A DNA stretch of 52,421 nucleotides from a virus (lineage: Duplodnaviria; Caudoviricetes), in the IMG/VR virus record IMGVR_UViG_3300025392_000466, positions 1 through 52,421 of that record; one strand, given 5' to 3'. Positions 27,803 through 37,392 of this stretch are shown here, piece by piece (within the stretch, counting starts at the first letter, position 1; the number at the start of each line of letters is the position of its first letter). The notes under the pieces were generated by a model, which saw nothing but the letters and a program-made list of their open reading frames with translations, made no database searches and was not told where the DNA came from. A program made the translations under genes and the position numbers.

Positions 27803-28941
27803 AAAACTTCAAAGAACTAAGAGAAAAAGTTAAAAAACCAACAGGTGGACTCAAAGATGCTTGCTGGACCGGTTACACTGCCGTTGGTATGAAAATGAAG
27901 GGTGGTCGTAAAGTTCCTAATTGTGTGCCTGAAGAAGTTACCGAAGCCAAAGACCATGAATATTCTGACCCACACATGGCAGTCAACCAACTAAGAACAA
28001 TCATGCACAATGCAGAAGAATTGTGTGAGATGCTTGGTGGCAACACCGACTTGCCTGAATGGGTTGAGTCCAAAATTACATTGGCAGAAGACTACATTAT
28101 GACAGTCGCCAATTATATGCGTAGTGAACTCAAAGAAGAAGTTGTGGCGGAAGGCTCGGGAAAGAATGTAGTCAAGTCAGTCAAGGTAGGAAACTTTAGA
28201 CACGATTTGGTCAATACTGGAATGGGTTGGCAGGTTCGTATCCATAACGGTGATAAACTTTATGATACTGGGTTGAGCAAGAACTCAGAAGAAAAAGGTT
28301 TAGCCGCATTGGATAATTCAGTGGCATACACTAAAAAGCAACTAAACATTAAAGAGCAAGGTGTGGCGGAAGGCGCTCCAGAACTATTGAAGAAAGAAAT
28401 GCCAACACATCGTCATGCTGAAAAATTATTAGCACAAAATGGTGTAAGTAAAGACGATCCAGATTATTACCACCATCTTAATAACACAATAAAACATCTT
28501 CGTCAGTTTGGTAACATTGATTTGATTAACAAAGGTGACGAGCAAGGTGTGGCGGAAGAAGTTGAATCAATGTTTGATATTGTTGAAGAACTTGTGATGG
28601 AGATTGCAGAAACTCACAACATTGATCCTGAACAAATTTGGGAAGACCTTGCTGACGTATCAGATGAAGAATTGTATGAGTCTGCTGCATGGAGACGCAA
28701 AGAAGGTAAAGACCCTAAAGGTGGTCTGAATCGTAAAGGTGTTGCATCTTACCGTAGAGAAAATCCAGGTTCAAAGTTGAAGATGGCAGTTACAACAAAG
28801 CCATCGAAACTAAAACCAGGTTCTAAGGCAGCTAATCGCCGTAAATCTTTCTGTGCAAGAATGGGTGGCATGAAAGGTCCTATGAAGAAGGACGGCAAGC
28901 CAACTCGCAAAGCATTGGCACTAAGAAAGTGGAACTGTTAA
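27799..28941 (+). CDS. modular polyprotein, probable internal head protein, with GVAEG-bounded cassettes and basic C-terminal domain (DUF6321-like)
   Basis: MKNFKELRE; CWTGY..VPNCVP module; LPEWVESKITLA module; GGLN..G...RRKSFCARM..RKWNC terminus. Confidence 0.75.
   Translation: MKNFKELREKVKKPTGGLKDACWTGYTAVGMKMKGGRKVPNCVPEEVTEAKDHEYSDPHMAVNQLRTIMHNAEELCEMLGGNTDLPEWVESKITLAEDYIMTVANYMRSELKEEVVAEGSGKNVVKSVKVGNFRHDLVNTGMGWQVRIHNGDKLYDTGLSKNSEEKGLAALDNSVAYTKKQLNIKEQGVAEGAPELLKKEMPTHRHAEKLLAQNGVSKDDPDYYHHLNNTIKHLRQFGNIDLINKGDEQGVAEEVESMFDIVEELVMEIAETHNIDPEQIWEDLADVSDEELYESAAWRRKEGKDPKGGLNRKGVASYRRENPGSKLKMAVTTKPSKLKPGSKAANRRKSFCARMGGMKGPMKKDGKPTRKALALRKWNC
28135..28564 (+). repeat. TGTGGCGGAAG x3 in frame, flanked by GAAGAAGTTG x2
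   Basis: Core at 28143, 28362, 28548 (219 and 186 bp apart); 10-bp direct repeat at 28135-28144 and 28555-28564. Confidence 0.9.
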
Positions 28942-29156
28942 TGAAACGTTTTAAAGATTTCGTCAAAGAAGATGGTATGGGTGCTGGTGCTGTATCATCA
29001 GGTCCAACAAATACTACCGGCGGTGGCCAAGTTGCAGGTATGGGTCAACCTCCTGGTAGTAAATCGGGTGAACCTGGTGTTTACTTGAAGAAAAAGAAAA
29101 AAGCACATAACCCCGTAATGATGGGAATGGGTTCAAGAAAACCACCAAAGATTTAA
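28941..29156 (+). CDS. small G/K-rich probable internal head protein
   Basis: ATG in TAATG overlap; MKRFKDFVKE N-terminus. Confidence 0.7.
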   Translation: MKRFKDFVKEDGMGAGAVSSGPTNTTGGGQVAGMGQPPGSKSGEPGVYLKKKKKAHNPVMMGMGSRKPPKI

Positions 29157-29165
29157 GGATATGAA

Positions 29166-29750
29166 ATGTTTGATATGTTCTCTCCTGAGTATGTTATAAA
29201 CTATGCATTAGGATTACTACCAACATGGGTACCATGGGCAATTGCTGCAAGCGGCATTGCCCTTTTTTTATTGTCACATATTTTTAACAAATTGATACCT
29301 TTGTTATATAGATTTGTCATTACAATTTTATGCTTCATATTGGTTGGTCTTGGTTTTTGGTTGCAAGGCCGACAAGACATTCTAATTGAAGGTAAACATG
29401 AAGTTGAAAAGATAGTTACGGAACAGAAAGTCATAACTAAGGTTGTTGTACAGAAGTTCATTGAAAAACAAAAAGAAATTGAGGTAGTACATGATAAAAT
29501 TGCAGCAGAAATCAATACTAAAGATGACCATATGTGTGATGTTCCTGAGTCTTTTGTACGGGTGCACGACAGCGCCGCTCAAAATACCGTTCCCGGACCT
29601 GCCAACGGAATTGATGGAACCTCCTCCGGAATTGCACTCTCTCAAGTCGAACACACAATCACCGACAACTACGAACTCTACCATAAAGTCGCAGAGCAAT
29701 TGAAGTCATTGCAAGAATGGGTAACTAAACAGAAGGAGTTGAATCCATGA
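29166..29750 (+). CDS. Rz-like inner-membrane spanin
   Basis: N-terminal TMs, coiled coil, C.VP..FVRVHDSAA and DNY..H...EQL..LQEW patterns; embedded lipoprotein ORF. Confidence 0.7.
   Translation: MFDMFSPEYVINYALGLLPTWVPWAIAASGIALFLLSHIFNKLIPLLYRFVITILCFILVGLGFWLQGRQDILIEGKHEVEKIVTEQKVITKVVVQKFIEKQKEIEVVHDKIAAEINTKDDHMCDVPESFVRVHDSAAQNTVPGPANGIDGTSSGIALSQVEHTITDNYELYHKVAEQLKSLQEWVTKQKELNP
29491..29703 (+). CDS. Rz1-like outer-membrane lipoprotein spanin embedded in +1 frame
   Basis: SD GAGG; lipobox LYGC; Pro-rich mature peptide. Confidence 0.65.
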   Translation: MIKLQQKSILKMTICVMFLSLLYGCTTAPLKIPFPDLPTELMEPPPELHSLKSNTQSPTTTNSTIKSQSN

Positions 29751-30118
29751 AAAAATTAATTTTAATCGGTGCACTTGCTTTGACTGGTTGTTCCAGTATC
29801 ATGGGCATCGTAGGAATGCAACCATTCGACAGTAATGAATATGGTTACACTGTGTCTATCCGAACCAGAGCAATCAGTGGAGACTGTTCCAAAGAGAACC
29901 TGAATGCAATGTATTTGGACAGTCAATTGTTCAAAAACTATACACAATATATTCCATACAACGACAAAACAAATAGTATGGCCACAGATTTGAATAAAAT
30001 TGTAGAAGAACTTTACAAGAGAGAAAATCCTAGTGCCACCTATTGTAAATTAAAACTAAATAGTATCAGCAAGTCCGCAGAAGAAATTCAACAAGTAGTT
30101 GGGAGTAAACCAAGATGA
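29747..30118 (+). CDS. lipoprotein
   Basis: MKKLILIGALALTG-C lipobox; SD AAGGAG. Confidence 0.8.
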   Translation: MKKLILIGALALTGCSSIMGIVGMQPFDSNEYGYTVSIRTRAISGDCSKENLNAMYLDSQLFKNYTQYIPYNDKTNSMATDLNKIVEELYKRENPSATYCKLKLNSISKSAEEIQQVVGSKPR

Positions 30119-30321
30119 GTACATTACAAGACATAACTGCATTGGCACAAGATTATCAAGCACAATATAATGCTGGTTCTCTATCTGCATCCGAATTCAA
30201 AGAATTGGTCGAAGACCTACAATTGGTCAAACACATCGAACAAACCGCAGCAGAATTGGCAACCGATGAAGAAGCACGTGCCGTTTTGATGGGTATTGTG
30301 CAAATTGCTGGAGCACTATGA
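30115..30321 (+). CDS. hypothetical protein
   Basis: ATGA-coupled on both sides. Confidence 0.7.
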   Translation: MSTLQDITALAQDYQAQYNAGSLSASEFKELVEDLQLVKHIEQTAAELATDEEARAVLMGIVQIAGAL

Positions 30322-30941
30322 TTTTAACTAAGCCGCAGTTGAAGCAGATTCTACCAAAGAATCCATATATTGACCATTGGTACTCTGCTTTAGAACAATT
30401 ATTGCCGGATTATCAAATTGATACACCGCAACGTATTGCTGCGTTCTTGGCTCAGTGTGCCCATGAGTCTGCTGAATTTACCGCATTGAAAGAAAATCTA
30501 AATTACAAAGCGGCAACTCTACGCAAGATTTTTCCGAAGTATTTCCCGACAGACGATATTGCAAACGAATACGCAAGCAAACCAAACAAGCAGGAAGCAA
30601 TTGCAAATCGTGTTTACGCCAATCGTATGGGTAATGGAGATGAAGCGTCTGGTGACGGTTACCGCTACTGTGGCCGTGGTCTAATTCAGACTACAGGCAA
30701 AGACAACTATTTCTGGTTTGCTGCAAGTATTGGTATAACACCAGAAGAAGCAGCAGAGTATATGCAAACATTTGAAGGTGCTGCACAATCAGCATGTTGG
30801 TTCTGGGAAACCAATAATTTGAACCAATGGGCCGACAAGAATGATATGTTAACCTTGACCAAACGTATCAATGGTGGCACTATTGGTCTTGATGACCGCA
30901 TTAAACATTATAACCATGTTATGTCTGTACTAGGAGCGTAA
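30318..30941 (+). CDS. GH19 (chitinase-like) endolysin
   Basis: AFLAQCAHES, ENLNY, YANRMGNG, GRGLIQTTG, TKRINGG. Confidence 0.93.
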   Translation: MILTKPQLKQILPKNPYIDHWYSALEQLLPDYQIDTPQRIAAFLAQCAHESAEFTALKENLNYKAATLRKIFPKYFPTDDIANEYASKPNKQEAIANRVYANRMGNGDEASGDGYRYCGRGLIQTTGKDNYFWFAASIGITPEEAAEYMQTFEGAAQSACWFWETNNLNQWADKNDMLTLTKRINGGTIGLDDRIKHYNHVMSVLGA

Positions 30942-30942
30942 C

Positions 30943-31230
30943 ATGCATGATAGAAAATTATTCGCATATGCAGCAATCTTACTCATATTACCACTTACTC
31001 TTGCTATGTGTGGGGGTGATAAGTTTCGTTACCCTTGTCAGGATCCTAAGAACTGGGATAAAGAGGAATGTAAACCGCCTATATGTGATGTCACAAGGAC
31101 TTGTCCGGAACATATCTTCAAGGGCCAGCGTGATCCAAGATTGGGTCCGCCAGCACCTGAACCAAGTGCGCCAGTCAATCAAACACCAACGGCAGGAAAA
31201 CCGCCGCAAGGAGTTAACTGTGGAAAATAA
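30943..31230 (+). CDS. exported Cys-rich small protein
   Basis: Hydrophobic N-terminus; FRYPCQDP.NW...C.PP.C.....C. Confidence 0.7.
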   Translation: MHDRKLFAYAAILLILPLTLAMCGGDKFRYPCQDPKNWDKEECKPPICDVTRTCPEHIFKGQRDPRLGPPAPEPSAPVNQTPTAGKPPQGVNCGK

Positions 31231-31723
31231 CGAACAATTCTTATACACTGAAGACCAGCTAATGGCTCGTCTGAAGTTCTTCATCGGTATCTGTCTAGCA
31301 TTGACTTTGACAGGTATCGTTTTCGTTGTGCTTTATTCTATCATCTTTATTACACAGCCGTTAAACGCTATCAGTCCTATTGACCAGAAGTTCTTTGAAA
31401 TGATTATACCAATTGCCACTTTCTTGACAGGCACATTGTCAGGTATTATGTTGGCAGGTAATGACAAAGATTTAAAAGCAAAGGCATTAGATGCAGCAAA
31501 CAGACCAACACCAGTCTCGCCAGCGCCAGTTGCAGCACCCGTACCACAACCTGTGTTTGCAACACCTCCAGTATCTGCGCCAGTACCAAAACCAATTATA
31601 CCAGTTACCCCCTTGCCAACAGCACCAGTTTCAGCAGATAATGCCGGTGTTCCGTCTTCAGATGTAGTGGTAGGTTTTGGTGGTAAGCTTGCTCCCCCTC
31701 CAGCTCCACAACCTGAAATCTAA
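31220..31723 (+). CDS. two-TM membrane protein with Pro-rich tail (holin candidate)
   Basis: GTG start at 31220 after SD AAGGAG; two hydrophobic helices; in lysis module. Confidence 0.6.
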   Translation: MENNEQFLYTEDQLMARLKFFIGICLALTLTGIVFVVLYSIIFITQPLNAISPIDQKFFEMIIPIATFLTGTLSGIMLAGNDKDLKAKALDAANRPTPVSPAPVAAPVPQPVFATPPVSAPVPKPIIPVTPLPTAPVSADNAGVPSSDVVVGFGGKLAPPPAPQPEI

Positions 31724-31732
31724 GGAACCAAA

Positions 31733-31912
31733 ATGAAATCAATTATTCTAGCCCTTTCTTTATCTCTAATGGCAGTTGGTGCAGTTCAAGCTGAAACCAA
31801 AAAGGTTTGCGAAACCACCAAAGACGCTAAGACACAAAAAGAAAAAGAAGTCTGCAAAACAATTACCATCCACAAAAAATTAGATGGTACCAAAATTCCT
31901 GACAAAAAATAA
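31733..31912 (+). CDS. small exported protein (59 aa, not in ORF track)
   Basis: SD AAGGA; MKSIILALSLSLMAVGAVQA signal peptide; two Cys. Confidence 0.75.
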   Translation: MKSIILALSLSLMAVGAVQAETKKVCETTKDAKTQKEKEVCKTITIHKKLDGTKIPDKK

Positions 31913-32325
31913 TGGCTGAAGATTCAATTCATGTTGATGTCGGAGTACTAAAGTCTCAAGTATCAACCATAACAGAACTGTGTAATAAGATGGACAAGGT
32001 TATAGAAAAACTTGTGGATCAGCACGACCGTCACATTGCAAAGGTATACGATGATATGGACAAGAGAAGACTTGAAACGAACGGCGATATCAATGAATTG
32101 CATGGCCGTATAGATGCAGTCTTGGACAAAGTTCAAGATACCGAAAAAACTTTATTGGATGAAATTAAGTTACTCCGTAAAGAAATGCAAGAACACAATA
32201 CAAAAGAAAAAGAATCCTTAGACAAGCTTTTGCAATGGAAGTGGATGGTTGCAGGTGGTATACTTGCTTTATCATGGTTGATTTCTCATGTCAAACCTGA
32301 TACACTGAGAAGTCTGTTCGGATAA
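31912..32325 (+). CDS. coiled-coil protein with C-terminal TM, primase-adjacent (T4 61.1-like position)
   Basis: Heptad pattern, KWMVAGGILALSWLI; synteny. Confidence 0.65.
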   Translation: MAEDSIHVDVGVLKSQVSTITELCNKMDKVIEKLVDQHDRHIAKVYDDMDKRRLETNGDINELHGRIDAVLDKVQDTEKTLLDEIKLLRKEMQEHNTKEKESLDKLLQWKWMVAGGILALSWLISHVKPDTLRSLFG

Positions 32326-32343
32326 TTTTCTCTTTTTTACATT

Positions 32344-33345
32344 ATGAGCGTATACATTGACCGTAGTTTCCTCCTCCAAGTGTCGCCAAAATTACTGAGG
32401 TTTTCTAAAAAGAAAGAAGACCTTTATAATTTTCGGTGTCCTCTGTGTGGAGATTCACAAAAAAATAAATCAAAGTGTCGTGGTTATGTTTACCGAAAAG
32501 GTAACAACTACTTCTACATGTGCCACAACTGCGGTGCATCCACCTCCTTCTATAACTTTCTAAAACAGGTTGACACTAACCTACTAGAACAGTATTCACT
32601 GGAACTATACAAGGCATCAGCCAACACAAACTCACCAGAGCCTACGTTCTCCGAGTTGACTGTAAAGCCTACCTTCAAGAAAAGTTTAGATTTACCAAAG
32701 ATATCAGAATTGCCTGATGACCACTTTGCAAAACAATATGTAATCAATCGTGCAATACCTACAACCATGTATAGTAATCTATACTATGCAGAAGAATTCA
32801 AAGCATTGGTAGATTCATTTGGTGTAGATAAAGATATCATTGCTGGTGATAAACGACTTGTTATTCCGTTTCACGATAAAGAAGGAAACATCACTGGATT
32901 CCAAGGTCGTGCACTGGGTGAATCAAAGATACGATACATCACAATTAAACTAACGGACGAAGGTCCACGCATGTTCGGTATCGACCGTGTCAATCAAGAG
33001 GAGAAGATTTTTGTTTTTGAGGGTCCTATTGATTCTATGTTTATTAAAAATTCTGTTGCCGTTGCCAGTTCTTCCTTGGAAGGAGCCGCAGAATACTTGG
33101 ACAAATCAAAATTGGTACTTGTCTATGATAACGAGCCAAGAAATAAAGAAATTGTCAAGTTGATGGAGAAAGCAATTGACAACCACTTCAATGTGGTAAT
33201 CTGGCCTCCCATGATTAACGACAAAGATGTTAATGATATGATTTTATCAGGATTTGACATTGAAGAATTACATGATATAATGGAGAAAAACACGTTTGTG
33301 AACCTACGTGCAAAAATGGAATTTGTAAACTGGAAGAAAGTATAA
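32344..33345 (+). CDS. 61: DNA primase (gp61)
   Basis: NFRCPLCGDS..CHNCG zinc finger; FEGPIDSMF, DNEPRN, KDVND toprim. Confidence 0.96.
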   Translation: MSVYIDRSFLLQVSPKLLRFSKKKEDLYNFRCPLCGDSQKNKSKCRGYVYRKGNNYFYMCHNCGASTSFYNFLKQVDTNLLEQYSLELYKASANTNSPEPTFSELTVKPTFKKSLDLPKISELPDDHFAKQYVINRAIPTTMYSNLYYAEEFKALVDSFGVDKDIIAGDKRLVIPFHDKEGNITGFQGRALGESKIRYITIKLTDEGPRMFGIDRVNQEEKIFVFEGPIDSMFIKNSVAVASSSLEGAAEYLDKSKLVLVYDNEPRNKEIVKLMEKAIDNHFNVVIWPPMINDKDVNDMILSGFDIEELHDIMEKNTFVNLRAKMEFVNWKKV

Positions 33346-33346
33346 T

Positions 33347-33994
33347 ATGAATGTAAAGTTGATTTCGTATTCCCAAGGTGCTGATGGGAAGAATTTGTTA
33401 GACCAGATTGCTTATGCGGCAAGAGTGTCTAATCCAGCCAACCAAAACAACTCGGATACATCCGAAAAGTTGGTGAGATACTTGATTAATAATCAACACT
33501 GGTCGCCATTGGAGATGGTTTCCTTGACTTTGGAGATTGAAACGACAAGAGATATTGCACGGCAAATTTTACGTCACCGTTCGTTCTCCTTCCAAGAGTT
33601 TAGCCAGCGTTATGCTGATGCCTCGCAACTTGGATTTGAAACACGGGAAGCACGATTGCAAGATACCAAGAATCGTCAGAACAGTATTGAAACCGATAAC
33701 GCAACATTGATTGAGACATGGCGTCAACGTCAAAACCAAATTATGGATGAAGTTGAAGATGCTTATAAATGGGCTTTAGACAATGGAATTGCCAAAGAAC
33801 AGGCTCGTGCGGTTTTGCCGGAAGGCATGACAAAATCACGCATGTATATGGCAGGAACCTTGCGTTCTTGGGTCCACTATATACAACTCCGAAGCGCAAA
33901 TGGCACACAAAAAGAACATCAAGTAGTAGCATTGGCATGTGCCTTGGTGATTGAGCCGGTTTTCCCAATGATTAAGGAATTTATTAATGTATAA
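33347..33994 (+). CDS. thyX: FAD-dependent thymidylate synthase
   Basis: HWSPLE, RHRSFSFQEFSQRY signature. Confidence 0.96.
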   Translation: MNVKLISYSQGADGKNLLDQIAYAARVSNPANQNNSDTSEKLVRYLINNQHWSPLEMVSLTLEIETTRDIARQILRHRSFSFQEFSQRYADASQLGFETREARLQDTKNRQNSIETDNATLIETWRQRQNQIMDEVEDAYKWALDNGIAKEQARAVLPEGMTKSRMYMAGTLRSWVHYIQLRSANGTQKEHQVVALACALVIEPVFPMIKEFINV

Positions 33995-34334
33995 TGATGT
34001 GGTGAAGTTTATTGAAGCGTGTGACCAAGAGAAAACTCTTGGTAATGCAAGTTTGTATCGTAATCTAATTGCTGAAGAATTCAATGAGTTCATTCATGCA
34101 AACAATAAAAATGATGAAGTTGAAAAGTTGGATGCTTGCATGGACATGATTTGGGTTATTCTCGGATTCTGTTACATGAAAGGTTATGATGTTCAGGGTG
34201 CATGGAATGAAGTGGCTCGGAGTAATCTAGCAAAGATTAATCCGGAGACAGGTAAAGTGATTAAAAGACAAGATGGTAAGGTGTTGAAGCCAGAAGGTTG
34301 GACACCTCCACAATTGGAACAGTTCGTAAAATAA
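33987..34334 (+). CDS. MazG-like all-alpha NTP pyrophosphohydrolase
   Basis: LIAEEFNE...LDACMD...EVARSNLAK...DGKVLKP. Confidence 0.85.
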   Translation: MYNDVVKFIEACDQEKTLGNASLYRNLIAEEFNEFIHANNKNDEVEKLDACMDMIWVILGFCYMKGYDVQGAWNEVARSNLAKINPETGKVIKRQDGKVLKPEGWTPPQLEQFVK

Positions 34335-34348
34335 TAACAAGGAATAAT

Positions 34349-36133
34349 ATGGAATACATGGGCATTAAGATAGACTTAGAGCGTGATAAGCTATTTGATG
34401 AGTTGGGTATTAAACGATTAAAAGAATCGTATATGCGTGAGGAAGAAACATCACCTCAAGAACGATTTGCATTTGTATCAGCATCTTTTGGATCCAATCC
34501 AGAACATGCACAGAGACTTTACGATTATTCATCTAAACATTGGTTGTCATATTCAACACCAATCTTATCATTTGGTCGTTCTAAAAAAGGCCTACCTATT
34601 TCATGTTTTCTAAATTATATTAATGACACAGCGGAGGGTTTAGTTGATAACCTATCAGAAACTAACTGGCTTTCTATGTTCGGCGGCGGTGTTGGTATTG
34701 GTTTTGGTATTAGGTCTGCCGATGATAAGTCTACAGGCGTTATGCCGCATCTTAAAATATATGATGCTTCTTCTTTGGCGTATCGTCAAGGTCGCACTCG
34801 CCGTGGCTCTTACGCCGCTTATCTTGATATTACTCATCCTGACATCATTCCTTTCCTAGAGATGCGTAAACCAACAGGCGACCCAAATGTGCGTTGCTTG
34901 AACTTACACCATGGCATCAATATCACCGATGACTTCATGCAAATCATTGAAAAGTGTATGTTGGATCCTAATGCAGATGATTCATGGAATTTAATTGATC
35001 CATACTCAAAAGAAATTCGTGAAACCGTTTCTGCAAGAAGTTTGTGGCAACAGATTCTTGAATTGCGTATGCACACAGGTGAACCATACATTCACTTTAT
35101 TGATACGAGTAATCGTGAATTGCCAGAATGGCTAAAAGAAAAAGGTTTGAAAGTTCACCAATCAAACTTGTGTTCTGAAATCATTTTGCCAACAAACAAA
35201 GAACGTACCGCTGTATGTTGTTTGTCATCTTTGAATTTGGAGACTTATGATGATTGGAAGAATGAGCCACTTTTTCTTCGGGACGTTGCGGAGATGCTTG
35301 ATAACGTCCTACAGTATTTCATTGATAATGCTCCTAGTGTCGTACAAAGAGCAAGATATTCTGCTATGTTGGAACGCTCTATTGGTGTTGGTGCCCTCGG
35401 TTTTCATGCATATCTACAAAAGAACGGAATTGCATTTGAAGGCGTAATGGCAAAAGTTGCCAATAACAAAATCTTCAGAAGTATTAGAGAAGGACTAGAC
35501 AATGCAAACCTTGCGCTCGGTTCTGAACGTGGTGAAGCACCTGATGCTAAAGGCACTGGCCGCCGCTTTAGTCATGTTATGGCTATTGCCCCCAATGCTT
35601 CTTCTTCTATTATTATGGGTAATACCTCCCCTAGTATTGAGCCTTATCGTGCTAATGCATATCGTCAAGACACTTTATCGGGCTCTTTTTTGAATAAGAA
35701 CCGTTGGTTGGATAAAATTCTTAAAGAGCTGATTACCGACACTGACAAATATAATGAAATATGGTCTTCTATTATTGCTAATGATGGTTCAGTTCAACAC
35801 CTAGATATTTTGTCTGATGACCAAAAGGCAGTATTCAAAACATCTATGGAAATTGACCAACGTTGGGTTATTGATTTGGCCGCAGATAGACAAGCACACA
35901 TTGACCAAGCACAGTCATTGAACTTGTTCTTCCGTCCGGACGCTAATATTAAATACGTTCATGCTATCCATTTTATGGCATGGAAAAAAGGATTGAAGAC
36001 TTTGTACTACTGCCGTTCTGAAAAGATTGGTAAAGCAGATAAGGTTTCTAAAAAGATTGAGCGTCAAGTCATCAAAGAAATTGACATGACACAGATTGCT
36101 CAAGGTAATGATTGTATTGCTTGTGAAGGATAA
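34349..36133 (+). CDS. nrdA: class I ribonucleotide reductase alpha subunit
   Basis: ATG 34349 with SD AAGGA; PISCF, SNLCSE, AIAPNASSS, TLYY, C-terminal CIAC; no obvious ATP cone. Confidence 0.96.
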   Translation: MEYMGIKIDLERDKLFDELGIKRLKESYMREEETSPQERFAFVSASFGSNPEHAQRLYDYSSKHWLSYSTPILSFGRSKKGLPISCFLNYINDTAEGLVDNLSETNWLSMFGGGVGIGFGIRSADDKSTGVMPHLKIYDASSLAYRQGRTRRGSYAAYLDITHPDIIPFLEMRKPTGDPNVRCLNLHHGINITDDFMQIIEKCMLDPNADDSWNLIDPYSKEIRETVSARSLWQQILELRMHTGEPYIHFIDTSNRELPEWLKEKGLKVHQSNLCSEIILPTNKERTAVCCLSSLNLETYDDWKNEPLFLRDVAEMLDNVLQYFIDNAPSVVQRARYSAMLERSIGVGALGFHAYLQKNGIAFEGVMAKVANNKIFRSIREGLDNANLALGSERGEAPDAKGTGRRFSHVMAIAPNASSSIIMGNTSPSIEPYRANAYRQDTLSGSFLNKNRWLDKILKELITDTDKYNEIWSSIIANDGSVQHLDILSDDQKAVFKTSMEIDQRWVIDLAADRQAHIDQAQSLNLFFRPDANIKYVHAIHFMAWKKGLKTLYYCRSEKIGKADKVSKKIERQVIKEIDMTQIAQGNDCIACEG

Positions 36134-36137
36134 AAAT

Positions 36138-36380
36138 ATGAAAAAGATTTTAAGATTTACCGCTTCTTGGTGCCAACCTTGTAAGGGTTTGGCAATGAAT
36201 TTGGCATCAGCAGAATTGGATATTCCAATTGAAGTTATTGATATTGATGTTATGTCTGATGTTGCTATTGAGTATGGTATTCGTTCTGTACCAACATTAG
36301 TATTGATGGATGAAAACATTGAAGTGAAAAGGGTTTCAGGTGTATTAACTCCACAAAAATTAAAGGAATGGGCAGCATGA
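36138..36380 (+). CDS. thioredoxin
   Basis: WCQPC active site, RSVPT; ATG 36138 with SD. Confidence 0.92.
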   Translation: MKKILRFTASWCQPCKGLAMNLASAELDIPIEVIDIDVMSDVAIEYGIRSVPTLVLMDENIEVKRVSGVLTPQKLKEWAA

Positions 36381-37363
36381 TTAAAAAAGCACAAAACGAT
36401 GTAACATCGGATCGTAGTTACTTCAAACCATTTAACTATGCTTGGGCTTATGATGCTTGGTTGAAACATGAACAATCACATTGGTTACATACAGAAGTGC
36501 CAATGATGGAAGATGTAAAAGATTGGAAAAAGAAATTAACGGATAGTGAAAAGAATTTCTTAACACATATTTTCCGTTTCTTCACACAAGGTGATATTGA
36601 CGTTGCTGGTGGTTATGTTAAGAATTATCTACCATACTTCCCACAACCAGAAATGAGAATGATGTTGTTGGGTTTTGCTGCCCGTGAAGCATTACACGTT
36701 GCCGCATACTCACACTTGATTGAAACTTTGGGTTTACCAGAAACAACATACAATGAATTCTTAGAGTATGCTGAAATGAGAGAGAAACATGATTATGTTA
36801 TGGACATCTCAAAGCAAAATACAACTAAAGAGAATACTGCAACCCATATCGCCGTGTTCAGTGCTTTTACTGAAGGTATGCAGTTGTTCTCCTCTTTCAT
36901 TATGTTGTTGAACTTTCCTCGTCACGGCAAGATGAAGGGTATGGGACAAATTGTTACATGGTCTATTGTTGATGAAACACAACACGCAGAGAACATGATT
37001 AAATTGTTCCGCACTTACATTCAAGAAAATCCAGAAATCTGGAATGATGAATTGAAGTCACGCATTTATACCATTGCTGAAAAGATGGTTGAGTTAGAAG
37101 ATAAGTTCATTGATTTGGCTTTTGCAATGGGTGAAATGGAAGGACTCAAAGCAGAGGATGTTAAGAAATACATTCGTTACATTGCTGACCGTAGATTGAT
37201 TTCTTTGTCACTCAAGGGCATCTTTAAGGTTAAGAAGAATCCTTTACCATGGGTTGAAGAAATGATTAATGCACCTACGCACACAAACTTCTTTGAAAAT
37301 CGTGCAACCGATTATGCTAAAGGTGCTTTGTCTGGGGATTGGTCCGATGTTTGGGCCAAATGA
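36377..37363 (+). CDS. nrdB: class I ribonucleotide reductase beta subunit
   Basis: FFTQGD, EALH..AY, EGMQLFSSF, DETQH, NFFE..ATDY. Confidence 0.96.
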   Translation: MIKKAQNDVTSDRSYFKPFNYAWAYDAWLKHEQSHWLHTEVPMMEDVKDWKKKLTDSEKNFLTHIFRFFTQGDIDVAGGYVKNYLPYFPQPEMRMMLLGFAAREALHVAAYSHLIETLGLPETTYNEFLEYAEMREKHDYVMDISKQNTTKENTATHIAVFSAFTEGMQLFSSFIMLLNFPRHGKMKGMGQIVTWSIVDETQHAENMIKLFRTYIQENPEIWNDELKSRIYTIAEKMVELEDKFIDLAFAMGEMEGLKAEDVKKYIRYIADRRLISLSLKGIFKVKKNPLPWVEEMINAPTHTNFFENRATDYAKGALSGDWSDVWAK

Positions 37364-37392
37364 TTTGTTAAACTATAATAAGAAGAATAAAA

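Noticed and set aside
30947-31219. N-terminal extension of the 258-aa track ORF
   Set aside because: Overlaps 30943..31230; GTG 31220 has a strong SD
7754-37363. Introns or inteins in gp43, gp41, nrdA, nrdB
   Set aside because: ORFs are continuous, of ordinary length, with no intein motifs seen
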